DNA of 32,204 bases from an uncultured Gammaproteobacteria bacterium (GCA_964461095.1 CAYWRN010000011.1:1-32204), one strand, 5' to 3'. Counted from the stretch's first letter, positions 15,264 through 24,564 are shown. Notes: generated from the sequence alone by a model not told the origin. Translations and numbers: made by a program.

Positions 15264-15860
15264 ATGATAAAGTACTGTAGTAAGGAATATAAATTTCTGG
15301 ATAAAGTGTATGTGGCTATTTTGTGGTTTTTGGACAAAGACGACAATTTGTCGATGGCACTTAGTTCACAATTACATAAAAATATTGGCGAAGTAGAAAG
15401 CTATATAAAAGGCTTGATAACTATATTGAAGAAAAAGAGGATTGAAGAGGTTTATGAAGTAGATGTTTACGAACTAAAATTGAAGGTACTAATTGAAAAT
15501 AGAGCAGAATACTGGACGAAGATACCTGAAAAAGAAAAAATTGATGAAGGAACAATGACGGAAAAAATTAGCTGGCTGAAGCCTTTTATGAAAAGTCCCC
15601 TACTGTACGATGTACTGGTAGTACCCAGGAATGAAGTGGGGGGAGAAATGATATTTGATGTGGCTAAACCTTTTTTGAAAGGATCGGCTAGTATGAAAAA
15701 GATTGAGGATTTTATGTACTATTCGACTCAAATAGTAGAGCCGACAGCTAAACATAGTGCTGTGTATGAAGTAAGTGATCTGATAGTAATTGACTGGAAA
15801 ACAGGCAAAAGAAAAAAGGAAATGCTAACTAAAGTGGATGACGACGAGCTGATGGACTAG
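15264..15860 (+). CDS. hypothetical protein
   Basis: 198-codon ORF with host-like Lys/Glu-rich composition. TAAAAT ends 5 nt before the ATG. Confidence 0.6.
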   Translation: MIKYCSKEYKFLDKVYVAILWFLDKDDNLSMALSSQLHKNIGEVESYIKGLITILKKKRIEEVYEVDVYELKLKVLIENRAEYWTKIPEKEKIDEGTMTEKISWLKPFMKSPLLYDVLVVPRNEVGGEMIFDVAKPFLKGSASMKKIEDFMYYSTQIVEPTAKHSAVYEVSDLIVIDWKTGKRKKEMLTKVDDDELMD

Positions 15861-17578
15861 GGAGTGGGGCCTCGGCGGTAGACGGCGGCCCAGGCGGTGT
15901 AACTACTACTAAAGGTTTGCTGATGAAGGATTTGACCATCTCGGGTAACTGTCCAGTCGAAGGCAGTTTTTAGACCAGGAATACGTTGCTCGACCTGGAC
16001 GAGCTGACCAGGAGCCAAGGTGGGATCATCAATAAACTTATCCGGCGGGGGTTGGGCGTAATCCCACTGTCTATAATTGTCGATAGTAACCTGCCGACCA
16101 TCGCTGGTACCATAAATTTCGTAAGATAGAGCTTTGGTATCACCGTCGAAAATACTTTGGATAAGAATGTGATGAGCAGTGTCATTTTGGAATTTGAGGT
16201 CGGGACTAGGTAAGAAAACAGTAGCATCGAAACCAGGCTTGGAACCTTCTTCGTAATAAGAAACACGGTAGGCATGAGGACGGCGTTCTACAATAGGCAG
16301 GCCGGCGTTTAGAATAGCCCTAAAAAGAGTAGTACTAACCTGGCAAATACCACCACCAACATCGAGCTCAGTCCGGCCTTCTCTGATAACATAGGCCATC
16401 TTGTAACCGGTTTCGACAGATACTTCACCAAGATTTTGGTTAAAGGAAAAAGTATCACCAGGAGGAACCAGAATGTAGTTAACAACTTCGGCTCCCCTTT
16501 TGACATTGCTGTTTCTAATAGTGCTACTGTGCTTGAAAGATGAATCTCCTCGGCCCAATAGCTCTTTGATGCCTAAATCATTGGCATCTTCATTTTTGAT
16601 TTGAGGATCGGTATAAACAAAAGGGATATCAATAGGATCATTGGGAGAATTTGGATCTGCAGTTAATGACAGTAACCGATTTTGAAGGGTGTTGGTAAAC
16701 GATACAATATCAATTTGACGACCGGGAGAGCTAGATTTAAACTCGCTAACTTTGCCATTTTCGAATTTAAAAACAGCGTCAACCGGGCCACGCTTAAGAT
16801 TTTGATTTAATTCGTCAACAAAAGTAGAGATTTTGACAGTGTCAACAGACTGGTAAAAACCCAACCAGGAAATAAGGGTGGTATCAGAGATAGTATAATC
16901 TTGGGAATCAGGAATATTTAGGGTAATCTGTTTGCCTTTTAGGTTTTGGGCCTGAGTTAAAAGATTTTGGATTTGAGCATCGGTGGGTAGCTGGCCAATA
17001 GTAATAAAGGTCAGGCTAATAGGAGAACTATCTTGAGTGGATAACTGATAGAGAAGATCGGCAGTAAATTTTTGGTCATCAAGAGTACGACCCAAGCTAC
17101 CCTGGATGACAGATAAACTACCCTGGTAATCAACATCAATCTGAGGAGGGACAAAAGGCTGGTCAATTTTGAGCTTTAAATCTCTGATCAATTCATCCAA
17201 TTGGTCACTTTGGTAAGCAACATTTAAGAAATAATGCCTTGGGGAAAAGAAGAAAAGTTTGGCTAAAACGTCGGTATAAAATGTTTTTTGAACCATTTTG
17301 TCGACATCGATTTGAGCGGAAATTGAGGCAGTATTGAGAGTAGAAACAACAGTATCGTCTACTTTTAGATCGATGGTTTCCGGCAACAAAAAGCTAGAGT
17401 TAATTTTTTGGGTGAGTTCGGGCTTGGTTAGAAGGGAAAAATCCTGGTCAAGAATATAGGTGTTGGGAGTAGTGGTATAAGAAAAAAGGATAAGACAAAT
17501 GAGAGGAAAGGAAAGGATGGTGGTAATAAGGATAATAGAGAGTCTAATTTTGATTTTGGTTGCTTTAATTTTGGCCAT
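15857..17578 (-). CDS. VanW-family protein with a C-terminal G5-like domain, membrane-anchored
   Basis: VanW core GGGICQVSTTLFRAILNAGLPIVERRPH. N-terminal TM anchor. Confidence 0.85.
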   Translation of the reverse strand: MAKIKATKIKIRLSIILITTILSFPLICLILFSYTTTPNTYILDQDFSLLTKPELTQKINSSFLLPETIDLKVDDTVVSTLNTASISAQIDVDKMVQKTFYTDVLAKLFFFSPRHYFLNVAYQSDQLDELIRDLKLKIDQPFVPPQIDVDYQGSLSVIQGSLGRTLDDQKFTADLLYQLSTQDSSPISLTFITIGQLPTDAQIQNLLTQAQNLKGKQITLNIPDSQDYTISDTTLISWLGFYQSVDTVKISTFVDELNQNLKRGPVDAVFKFENGKVSEFKSSSPGRQIDIVSFTNTLQNRLLSLTADPNSPNDPIDIPFVYTDPQIKNEDANDLGIKELLGRGDSSFKHSSTIRNSNVKRGAEVVNYILVPPGDTFSFNQNLGEVSVETGYKMAYVIREGRTELDVGGGICQVSTTLFRAILNAGLPIVERRPHAYRVSYYEEGSKPGFDATVFLPSPDLKFQNDTAHHILIQSIFDGDTKALSYEIYGTSDGRQVTIDNYRQWDYAQPPPDKFIDDPTLAPGQLVQVEQRIPGLKTAFDWTVTRDGQILHQQTFSSSYTAWAAVYRRGPTP

Positions 17579-17984
17579 GGTCCATTGCTAAATTAGCTAA
17601 TTTGTCAGCCAGGGTGTTTTTGTCTCTTGTGACATGACTAAAGTTTACGGGAAAAGAAAAAGAAGATAAAAGGGATTGGACTTGGGAAAAAATCGGCCTT
17701 AGGTTGTCAGCTTTGACCTTGTAAAAACCTTGAACCTGACGGACGATCAATTGGGAATCCATATAAACAGTAACTTTGGTAATTTGGGTGCTTGAACTAA
17801 AAGTTTTAAGCCAGGTAAGGGCGGCCAGCAAACCCTGATATTCGGCTTCGTTATTAGTTTTGATACCTAGATATTGGCTACCTTTGTGAACGATATTGTT
17901 TTGGCTATCTAAAATTACAAAGCCGTAACCGGCATGACCAGGATTGCCGCGAGAACCGCCATCAGTGTGAATAGATAAATCCAT
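17565..17984 (-). CDS. rnhA: ribonuclease HI-like protein
   Basis: DGGSRGNPG (Asp), NNEAEY (Glu), DSQLIV (Asp), C-terminal ...ADKLAN. Start set at the ATG at 17984 (MDLSIHTDGG), 6 nt after TACAAT. The track's 56-codon N-terminal extension to 18152 is Cys/Phe-rich and overlaps the divergent gene. Confidence 0.85.
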   Translation of the reverse strand: MDLSIHTDGGSRGNPGHAGYGFVILDSQNNIVHKGSQYLGIKTNNEAEYQGLLAALTWLKTFSSSTQITKVTVYMDSQLIVRQVQGFYKVKADNLRPIFSQVQSLLSSFSFPVNFSHVTRDKNTLADKLANLAMDHGQN

Positions 17985-18033
17985 AGGAGTATTGTAAGTG
18001 AGAATATTTAAAGTTAAAAGTATCAGACAAAAT

Positions 18034-18047
18034 TGGTATGATAAGGT
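18034..18047 (+). promoter_or_regulatory. extended -10 promoter (leaderless geometry) of the solute-binding-protein/tpiA operon
   Basis: TGG-TATGAT-aaggt-ATG. Confidence 0.5.
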
Positions 18048-19463
18048 ATGGATATTAATTCGCCACTGCCTTCCCGCGAGGTAAAAATTGAGCCTGAAAT
18101 AGAAGAAAAGACAACACCAACACCTGAGCGAACGGATATGACATCGAGTCAACCTGTGGTTAAAAAACCAAAGGGTTTACCACTGGCTTCGGGGATGAAG
18201 TTTGGAGTGGCAGGAATCTTACTAGTGGCGGCAATTATCGGTGGGATAATGATTTTTAGGCCAAAAAGTAAAACAACAGGCGGAAAACAAACAACTGTAA
18301 ACTATTGGGGTCTGTGGGAAGAAGAGGCGGTGATGAACGGGTTGATTGCTAAGTTTGAAGAAAAGAACCCCGGGATAAAAATAAATTATCAAAAGCAAAA
18401 TAAGGAAAACTATCGAACCAGACTTGAGGCCAGATTGGAAAAAAGCGAAGATGCACCTGATATATTTAGATTTCACAGCAGCTGGCTACCAATGATTGGC
18501 AGCAGGCTTGAAAGTGTGCCAAAAACCGTGTCACAGAACCTGAAACTAGATGAAGATTTTTTTGATGTATACAAAAAAGACCTAAAGAGCGGAAATAACT
18601 ATATGGGAATACCGCTAATGTATGACGGACTGATGATGTTTTATAACAAAGATCTGCTGGATGCGGCCAACAAAACACCACCTAAGACCTGGTGGGGGCT
18701 GTCTCAAATGGCAGTGGATTTGACGGTTAGGGACGAAAATGGAGATATAAAAGTGGCAGGGGCGGCTATGGGAACAACCGGAAATGTGGATGCCTCCAAT
18801 TTAACCAAACTAAAAGGAGTACTCGATTTTTATAAGTATTTTGGCCAAAAACAGAGATGGAATGTCTGGAATGATAAACTGCCGACATCAACGGAAGCTT
18901 TTGCGGCAGGTAAGGTGGTGTTTTATTTTGGCCCATCATGGAGAATATTTGAAATAAATGAAAGAAACAGGAATTTGAACTGGGCAGTAGCCAAAGTCCC
19001 CCAATTGCCAACAGTGGAAGGGCTGGATCCGCAGGCAGTAGAAGATGGCTTAATTGACGCCAAACTAACCGATATAAACTGGGCGACTTATTGGGCTGAA
19101 GGAGTATCTAATAAAAGCCCAAACAAAGAGGCAGCCTGGAAATTTTTGGAATTTTTGGCTTCTGAGGAAGGGTTGACTGATTTCTATGCAGCTGCCAGCC
19201 AATTAAGAGACTTTGGAGAAATATTTCCCAGAAAGTCGATGGCCAGTAAGTTGGCCGATAACAAAAAATTAACGGCTTTTGTGGATAATGCTAATACGGC
19301 TATGTCCGGGTGGCCATCGTCTAGAACCTGGGATGATGGGATAAATCAGGAACTAAGTAAATACTTGGAAGCAGGTATTATGACAACTACATGGAACGAG
19401 GAGAGTGAAAAAGCACTCACTGATGGCATAGCCAGAGTAGTTAATATGTATAAACTAAAATGA
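18048..19463 (+). CDS. extracellular solute-binding protein (ABC-type, family 1-like), TM-anchored
   Basis: N-terminal TM anchor, then VNYWGLWEE...IAKFEEKNPGIKINY..., typical of sugar-type SBPs. No permease or ATPase gene adjacent. Confidence 0.75.
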   Translation: MDINSPLPSREVKIEPEIEEKTTPTPERTDMTSSQPVVKKPKGLPLASGMKFGVAGILLVAAIIGGIMIFRPKSKTTGGKQTTVNYWGLWEEEAVMNGLIAKFEEKNPGIKINYQKQNKENYRTRLEARLEKSEDAPDIFRFHSSWLPMIGSRLESVPKTVSQNLKLDEDFFDVYKKDLKSGNNYMGIPLMYDGLMMFYNKDLLDAANKTPPKTWWGLSQMAVDLTVRDENGDIKVAGAAMGTTGNVDASNLTKLKGVLDFYKYFGQKQRWNVWNDKLPTSTEAFAAGKVVFYFGPSWRIFEINERNRNLNWAVAKVPQLPTVEGLDPQAVEDGLIDAKLTDINWATYWAEGVSNKSPNKEAAWKFLEFLASEEGLTDFYAAASQLRDFGEIFPRKSMASKLADNKKLTAFVDNANTAMSGWPSSRTWDDGINQELSKYLEAGIMTTTWNEESEKALTDGIARVVNMYKLK

Positions 19464-20110
19464 TTATTATTAACTTTAAGATATACAAACAAAGTTTTGG
19501 AGAAAAAGGTGTAAAGTTGGCCAAAATATGTAAAAACGTAGCTGACGAAACCGGAGTCAGGATAGTAACGGCTGTACCGGCTCTGATGGCGGCTAAAATG
19601 CTGGAAACAGGAGTGGAAGTATTTTTACAGGATTATGATATGCATACGGAGGGTAAATATTCGGGAAGTGTGTCCCCTGCCCAGGCTCTGGAACTAGGAA
19701 TTAAAGGTTCGCTACTTAATCACAGCGAAAAACCCAAAAAGAAAGGAACAATATTTAAAACGATTAAGGCGGCGCCTGATGGGTTTGAAACAGTATTGTG
19801 TGTCAAATCAATTGGGCAGATTGAGAAATGGGGATATAAAACAGGAGCCAGCTTTGTTGCCTATGAACCAAAGTATTTAATTGCCAGTAAAACCAAGTCG
19901 GTGTCAACCGAACAACCGGAAGCAATTAAAAGAGCAGCTGTGGCTAGTGGTAAGATTCCCCTTCTGGCCGGGGCCGGGGTAAAAAACAAAAAGGATGTGG
20001 AAGTGGCTTTGCAAATGGGAGCTAAAGGAGTGTTGGTAGCTAGCGATGTAGTGTGTGCTACAGATCCGGAAAAGGAACTACGGGAAATGGCAATGGGATT
20101 TAAACCCTAA
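19460..20110 (+). CDS. tpiA: triosephosphate isomerase, short archaeal type
   Basis: 216 aa. IINFKIYK (Lys), LLNHSE (His), AYEPKYLIA (Glu), GAGV...GVLVAS. Collinear with archaeal TIMs as recalled from M. jannaschii. ATGA overlap with the upstream gene. Confidence 0.8.
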   Translation: MIIINFKIYKQSFGEKGVKLAKICKNVADETGVRIVTAVPALMAAKMLETGVEVFLQDYDMHTEGKYSGSVSPAQALELGIKGSLLNHSEKPKKKGTIFKTIKAAPDGFETVLCVKSIGQIEKWGYKTGASFVAYEPKYLIASKTKSVSTEQPEAIKRAAVASGKIPLLAGAGVKNKKDVEVALQMGAKGVLVASDVVCATDPEKELREMAMGFKP

Positions 20111-20132
20111 ACTCTAAATCCTAAACTCTAAA
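20105..20132 (-). repeat. tandem heptanucleotide array, inverted orientation (plus strand CCCTAAA CTCTAAA TCCTAAA CTCTAAA)
   Basis: Reverse complement gives TTTAGAG/TTTAGGA units, a circular permutation of GATTTAG. Spans the tpiA stop codon. Confidence 0.65.
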
Positions 20133-20167
20133 CAAATTCAAAATACAAATTACCAAATGATTTAAAC

Positions 20168-20638
20168 ATGGTTATAAGAAAGGCATGGAAAAAAGACTTA
20201 GAGAGAGTTAGGCAAATTTTGAGTCAGTGGGTAGATGAAGAAGAAACGGAAAAGTACGTAAAAAGAGTTAAAGATGGGATGAGTGGAAAAAGTGAATACG
20301 GAATGAGGTTTTGGGTGGTGGAGGATGAAGACCAAGTGGTGGGAGTGTGTGGGTTGGCCGATCCCCTACCGATTACACTAAAATATAGCAAAGGCAAAAA
20401 ACCAATTGAAATTAAGATACTGTATTTGGACGAAACAAAAAGAGGTAAAGGGTTAGGGAAATTTGCTATTGATCGGATGGAGACAGAAGCTAGAAGAGTT
20501 GGACACGATGAGATGTTGGTCAGAAGCGGAGAACAGTTTAAAGATACTGCCTATGGATTTTACCAGAAAATGGGCTATAAATTAGTCGGTAAACTAGAAA
20601 ACAACATGGCAGTGTTTAAAAAAAGGATATTGATTTAA
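20168..20638 (+). CDS. GNAT-family N-acetyltransferase
   Basis: Acetyl-CoA motif RGKGLGKFAI and a GNAT-like beta-alpha pattern. Confidence 0.8.
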   Translation: MVIRKAWKKDLERVRQILSQWVDEEETEKYVKRVKDGMSGKSEYGMRFWVVEDEDQVVGVCGLADPLPITLKYSKGKKPIEIKILYLDETKRGKGLGKFAIDRMETEARRVGHDEMLVRSGEQFKDTAYGFYQKMGYKLVGKLENNMAVFKKRILI

Positions 20639-20658
20639 AAAAATTGGTATAATAAAAG

Positions 20659-21330
20659 ATGGCATCGATTGATAACCTATTAGTATCTTTGTTCGTTGAC
20701 GAAGTAGTTGGCGGAGTGATTGTGACGGTACCTCCGGGTCATGTAGGCTGTATTTATTCTATTTTTCGTGGAGTTTTGAAAAATGTTTGGTACCCAGGCA
20801 TGCATCTAAAGATCCCTATTATTCACCGGGTCAAATTATTTAATGCTCAACTGATTGAATACACCGTTAGCAAAGATGTGATCTTAAAAGATAATAAAGA
20901 GATCATGGGTGACGAGATTATTAACGCGGTAACAGCCGACAATAAATTTGTGGCAGTGGAAGCAACGGTACTAATTAAACTTGATACAGAAAGATTGCCT
21001 GAAATATGGCAAAATATTGGTGAAAACTTTGTTAGTAAAGTGGTCAGACCGGTAACCAGAAGTAAGATTAGAGAAATATTGACTAGACATGATTTGGGTA
21101 AAGCGCTGTCAACGGAAAGAGTCCAAATAGAAGCTGATATTGGTGAATCTCTAAGAACTGCCCTATCCCCTCACGGGCTTCATGTGGATAATTTCTACTT
21201 AAGTTCGGTAACACCAGTAAGCGATAGCAATGGTAACGGAGGTTGGCGGGAAACAGAAGCCGAAGATACAGGACTAAAAAATGCTGAGGAAATAAGACAA
21301 AGCAGGACTTTGAGTGGTAATTTAAAGTAA
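20659..21330 (+). CDS. SPFH/Band 7 (prohibitin/HflC-like) domain protein
   Basis: VPPGHVGCIYSIFRGVLKNVWYPGMHLKIPIIHRV... matches the SPFH N-terminal core. TGG-TATAAT ends 5 nt before the ATG. Confidence 0.8.
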   Translation: MASIDNLLVSLFVDEVVGGVIVTVPPGHVGCIYSIFRGVLKNVWYPGMHLKIPIIHRVKLFNAQLIEYTVSKDVILKDNKEIMGDEIINAVTADNKFVAVEATVLIKLDTERLPEIWQNIGENFVSKVVRPVTRSKIREILTRHDLGKALSTERVQIEADIGESLRTALSPHGLHVDNFYLSSVTPVSDSNGNGGWRETEAEDTGLKNAEEIRQSRTLSGNLK

Positions 21331-21398
21331 AGAATAATTTGATATATTAGAGGTTTTTTGATATAGTTTGTTTATAATTTAATTATTTTATAAAGACT

Positions 21399-21725
21399 AT
21401 GAAAAAATGGGGGTTTGAAGTTGGAGATGGTATATGTTTATTAAACGTGAATATGTGTGGTGATGGAACTGAATGGAAACCCGGTCGACCTTATTTATCT
21501 TGTGGAAAGGTTACAAGCGTTGAGGCTACTAATACAAGTGTCAACGTAGGATTTGTGAATGACGGAGGCCAAGAGGATTCTTTGTATTTAAACACAGACA
21601 TGGTTGTTAATACAGATAATCCATTTTTCTTTGCACTAAAAGATACATGTCCTCGTCAAGTATACAAAGGATGGTCTCATCCTGTTTTAGCTGTAACTAG
21701 AACTCCCGGGGAGATTTTAAAGTAG
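21399..21725 (+). CDS. hypothetical small protein (orphan)
   Basis: 108 codons, Gly/Cys/Asp/Thr-rich. No NfeD-like TM region despite the SPFH neighbour. Confidence 0.5.
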   Translation: MKKWGFEVGDGICLLNVNMCGDGTEWKPGRPYLSCGKVTSVEATNTSVNVGFVNDGGQEDSLYLNTDMVVNTDNPFFFALKDTCPRQVYKGWSHPVLAVTRTPGEILK

Positions 21726-22346
21726 GGATAGGATCCAGATAGAAGTAGATATGGGGAACAGACGGGCGATGGAAAGAGTGGTGGCGCCGGTAGTATAAAT
21801 ATCGTCAAAAATGATAATGTTTTTTGGAGTTTTTATAGCTGGATTTAGAGAAAAAGCACCGGACAGGTTTTTTAGACGCTGAGATTTGTGGGTGGATTTA
21901 ACCTGAGCCGAGGTAGAGATATTTTTGGTTATTAAATTGGGAATATAGGGCAGATTTAGAAATTTAGCTAGATACTCCCCCACCAGAGATGATTGGTTGA
22001 AACCACGCCAATTTAGGCGGTTTTGATGAAGAGGCACAGGTATAAGACAAAAATTGTTTTGGTGCCAATAGGTATCTATTAAAGGAAAAGATTTTTTGAT
22101 AGTACTGGCAGTAAGACGGGCTAAATCCGGAGCCAAGTGGCTAACAAAATTATATTTTAGAGAAGTAATTGAACTTTTGATGGTTTGATCGTTAAAAACA
22201 GCCAAGTGAGCTTCAATATGGCTGTTTTTGAGTTGGTTGAGCTTACCTAGGTTGAAACGACAGATACACCTGGGACAAAAATAATAACCTAGCTGGCCGC
22301 AGCCATAACAGGTTTTGGGAAATAGTAGGTCAAGAATTAGGGACAT
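21717..22346 (-). CDS. comFC: ComF-family protein (phosphoribosyltransferase domain)
   Basis: N-terminal CYGC...CPRC zinc motif. C-terminal PRT loop IIIFDDIYTTGATT. Confidence 0.8.
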   Translation of the reverse strand: MSLILDLLFPKTCYGCGQLGYYFCPRCICRFNLGKLNQLKNSHIEAHLAVFNDQTIKSSITSLKYNFVSHLAPDLARLTASTIKKSFPLIDTYWHQNNFCLIPVPLHQNRLNWRGFNQSSLVGEYLAKFLNLPYIPNLITKNISTSAQVKSTHKSQRLKNLSGAFSLNPAIKTPKNIIIFDDIYTTGATTLSIARLFPISTSIWILSLL

Positions 22347-22947
22347 ACTTGGTAAAAATCATGACAAAGGTTGGAAAAGGTGCCAGGACCAATTTTGACA
22401 AGGTAGTAGAAAAAGAAAATTGATTGGCAATTTTGGTAAGCTTTTTGGGAAAAAACTTAAAAAGGTGAAGCTGTCTGGCGTGGTTAAGATCACCAAAAAC
22501 AGAAAGTGAATCTAAAAGAGCCGACTGGCCTCTAATAAGTTCAAAGGGAAAGGAAACGATAAGTTGACCGTATGGCTTTAGAACCCGGCTAGTTTCGGAA
22601 AAAAATTTATCCGTATCCTTGATATGCTCGATAACCTCAAATGCACAGACTTTGTCAAAATAACCCGATGGATATTTAATATCAGTGGCCGGCATGTATT
22701 TAAAGTTTGGATGGGCAATTTTTTTGATAGCGGATTTGTTTAGGTCGATACCATAAACGTACCTGGAAAACCTGGAAAGGTTTTGGGATAATTGGCCTTG
22801 ATTACAGCCAATTTCCAAAATTTTTTGATTTGGTTTAGGGTCAATGATTTTGGTAAATATAATTAGCCTCAAACGGGTCCGCAAACCACTATAACCCGTG
22901 TCTGATCCAACAAATGAAGTATATTTGCTGTTGTAAAGATTGGTCAT
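22330..22947 (-). CDS. class I SAM-dependent methyltransferase
   Basis: Motif I ILEIGCNQG, post-I YGIDLN, and a Methyltransf_11-like layout. Confidence 0.8.
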   Translation of the reverse strand: MTNLYNSKYTSFVGSDTGYSGLRTRLRLIIFTKIIDPKPNQKILEIGCNQGQLSQNLSRFSRYVYGIDLNKSAIKKIAHPNFKYMPATDIKYPSGYFDKVCAFEVIEHIKDTDKFFSETSRVLKPYGQLIVSFPFELIRGQSALLDSLSVFGDLNHARQLHLFKFFPKKLTKIANQFSFSTTLSKLVLAPFPTFVMIFTKYVPNS

Positions 22948-22973
22948 ACTAAAACCATTATATATAATTAGGA

Positions 22974-24011
22974 ATGAACAGAATTGAATTTAGAAAAGAA
23001 TCAAGCGAGTATGTGGGAGCAGTGCTGATGTGGACGGTAGTAACCATACTGGCAACCAGGCTGTACTTGAGCTTAACCGGCTGGCCGGAAATAGGTAGCG
23101 GGATATGGCATATTGCTCATATCCTATGGGGAGGACTGGGACTGTTGGTGGGGGGATTGGTTAGTTTGTTGTTTTATGGCAAAAGAGCCAAAAGAATAGG
23201 AGCGGTGGTGATGGGAATTGGATTGGGATTTTTTTTGGATGAAACGGGTAAATTTGTATCCAGAAGCAACGATTATCATTTTCAACCGGCGGTAATGATT
23301 GTGTATATATTTTTGGTTATATTGTTTTTGGTGTATAAAAAGGCAGAAAAGTTTAGGATGAGAAATGAATCTACCATGATTCATGCCGTACTGGAGGATT
23401 TTGAAGAGATATTACGGGATGATCTGGATAAATATGAAAGAGAAGATATGGTAAAAAAAATTAAGGTTTTGCTAAAAAGTGAGAATACGACTTATGTAAC
23501 CATGGCCAGTGGGTTAGAAAAAATTGTTAACAAGATTAAATTGGTAGAACCCAGAATTAACAATGGCTTTGGGGGAAAGATACAGGCAGGATGGGATGTT
23601 TTGATAAAACGAGTACTAAACAGGCGATATTTTAAGGTGGCCTTATTGGCCCTGGCAGGATCTTTTGTGGTTAGATGGGCTTATGATATTGGAGTAATAG
23701 TATTAACCAAAAAAAGATTATTTGATCTATTTTATGGTGATTATGAATTTTTCTTGTCTGTTGATGGATTGTTTTTGGGATTGAAAGTTTTTTTTGACGG
23801 AGTAACAGCGGTGTTATTTGGACTGGGAATCCAGGCGATACTGGCCAAAAAAAGGAAAAAGGCTCTATCTTTGTTTGAGTATGGGTTATTAGTAAATATA
23901 TTTTTGACTTCGATATTTAGGTTTTATTTTGAGCAATTTTCGGGATTGTTTGATCTGGGAGTGGATATACTGGTACTGGCCTATATAGGGGAAATGAAAA
24001 AATTAGGATAG
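22974..24011 (+). CDS. hypothetical polytopic membrane protein
   Basis: Several hydrophobic helices at both ends around a charged central region. TATAAT ends 5 nt before the ATG. Confidence 0.65.
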   Translation: MNRIEFRKESSEYVGAVLMWTVVTILATRLYLSLTGWPEIGSGIWHIAHILWGGLGLLVGGLVSLLFYGKRAKRIGAVVMGIGLGFFLDETGKFVSRSNDYHFQPAVMIVYIFLVILFLVYKKAEKFRMRNESTMIHAVLEDFEEILRDDLDKYEREDMVKKIKVLLKSENTTYVTMASGLEKIVNKIKLVEPRINNGFGGKIQAGWDVLIKRVLNRRYFKVALLALAGSFVVRWAYDIGVIVLTKKRLFDLFYGDYEFFLSVDGLFLGLKVFFDGVTAVLFGLGIQAILAKKRKKALSLFEYGLLVNIFLTSIFRFYFEQFSGLFDLGVDILVLAYIGEMKKLG

Positions 24012-24021
24012 TAAATAGCTA

Positions 24022-24056
24022 GATTTAGGATTTAAGAAATAAGATTTATGAATAAC
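24022..24056 (+). repeat. tandem heptanucleotide array (GATTTAG GATTTAA GAAATAA GATTTAT GAATAAC)
   Basis: Five 7-nt units starting 11 nt after the TAG stop at 24011. The first 21 nt are identical to 13794-13814. Confidence 0.75.
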
Positions 24057-24074
24057 TACAAAAAACAATGAGAT

Positions 24075-24100
24075 TGCTTCGCTGGCGCTCGCAATGACGA
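24075..24100 (+). repeat. copy 1 of a GC-rich direct repeat TGCTTCGCT...GC(T)CGCAATGACGA
   Basis: TGCTTCGCTGGCGCTCGCAATGACGA, about 28 nt beyond the ssrA 3' end. The second copy at 25160-25203 is interrupted by a CCACC-AGA-GGTGG hairpin. Confidence 0.6.
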
Positions 24101-24127
24101 GGCGGATGGTATGTACTGATGGGAACT

Positions 24128-24552
24128 TGGAGGAGATGCCCGGGAATGATCCGGGGTCCGGAAAATCGTTTTAAAAACATCTACAAGCTTAACTTGTTTG
24201 AGCTTATTCTTTGAATTTTAAACAAGCAAACAAATTCAAAGAGCCAACTGGTTGGGTCTTATCCCGCTTAATTTAGATCAAAGTTGAAGTTGAACTAAAT
24301 GCAACCTAGTAAAATGACACCCGTGCTCCTCACCTAGGTGTAAGGGACGGATGGTTAACTTAGCAAGCTGCGACAGGAGCAAATTTGGTATTACCAAATA
24401 AGCTCTGTTCGAGCTCACCAAAGAAATCTTTGGCTAAGTTAACGCCATAAGTTTTTGCTTTGGCATTATATTTTGACATCTGTTTAACGGCTATGAGTCG
24501 AAGCCGGCTTGCAGTCTTTAAAAGTGCTTTTACGTCAAATCTATACATCTCC
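24128..24552 (-). ncRNA. ssrA: tmRNA (ssrA), non-canonical acceptor stem
   Basis: 5' GGAGATG-TATA-GATTTGACG. 3' GGAC-CCCGG-ATCATTC-CCGGG-CATCTCC-T-CCA. Internal tag frame ends GCT CCT GTC GCA GCT TGC TAA (24362-24360 is the stop). Downstream of smpB on the same strand. Own promoter. Confidence 0.8.
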
Positions 24553-24564
24553 GTAAACAGGTGT

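Noticed and set aside
17985-18152. 56-codon N-terminal extension of the RNase H ORF
   Set aside because: It has Cys/Phe/Leu-rich nonsense-like sequence and overlaps the divergent solute-binding-protein gene. The conserved RNase H core begins at MDLSIHTDGG, and a TACAAT box sits 6 nt upstream of that ATG.
21339-21367. Direct repeat TTTGATATA x2 upstream of the 21399 orphan
   Set aside because: It matches the window-wide extended -10 consensus (TGATATAnT, as at the tsaD promoter). It is most simply two tandem promoter-like boxes rather than a distinct repeat element.
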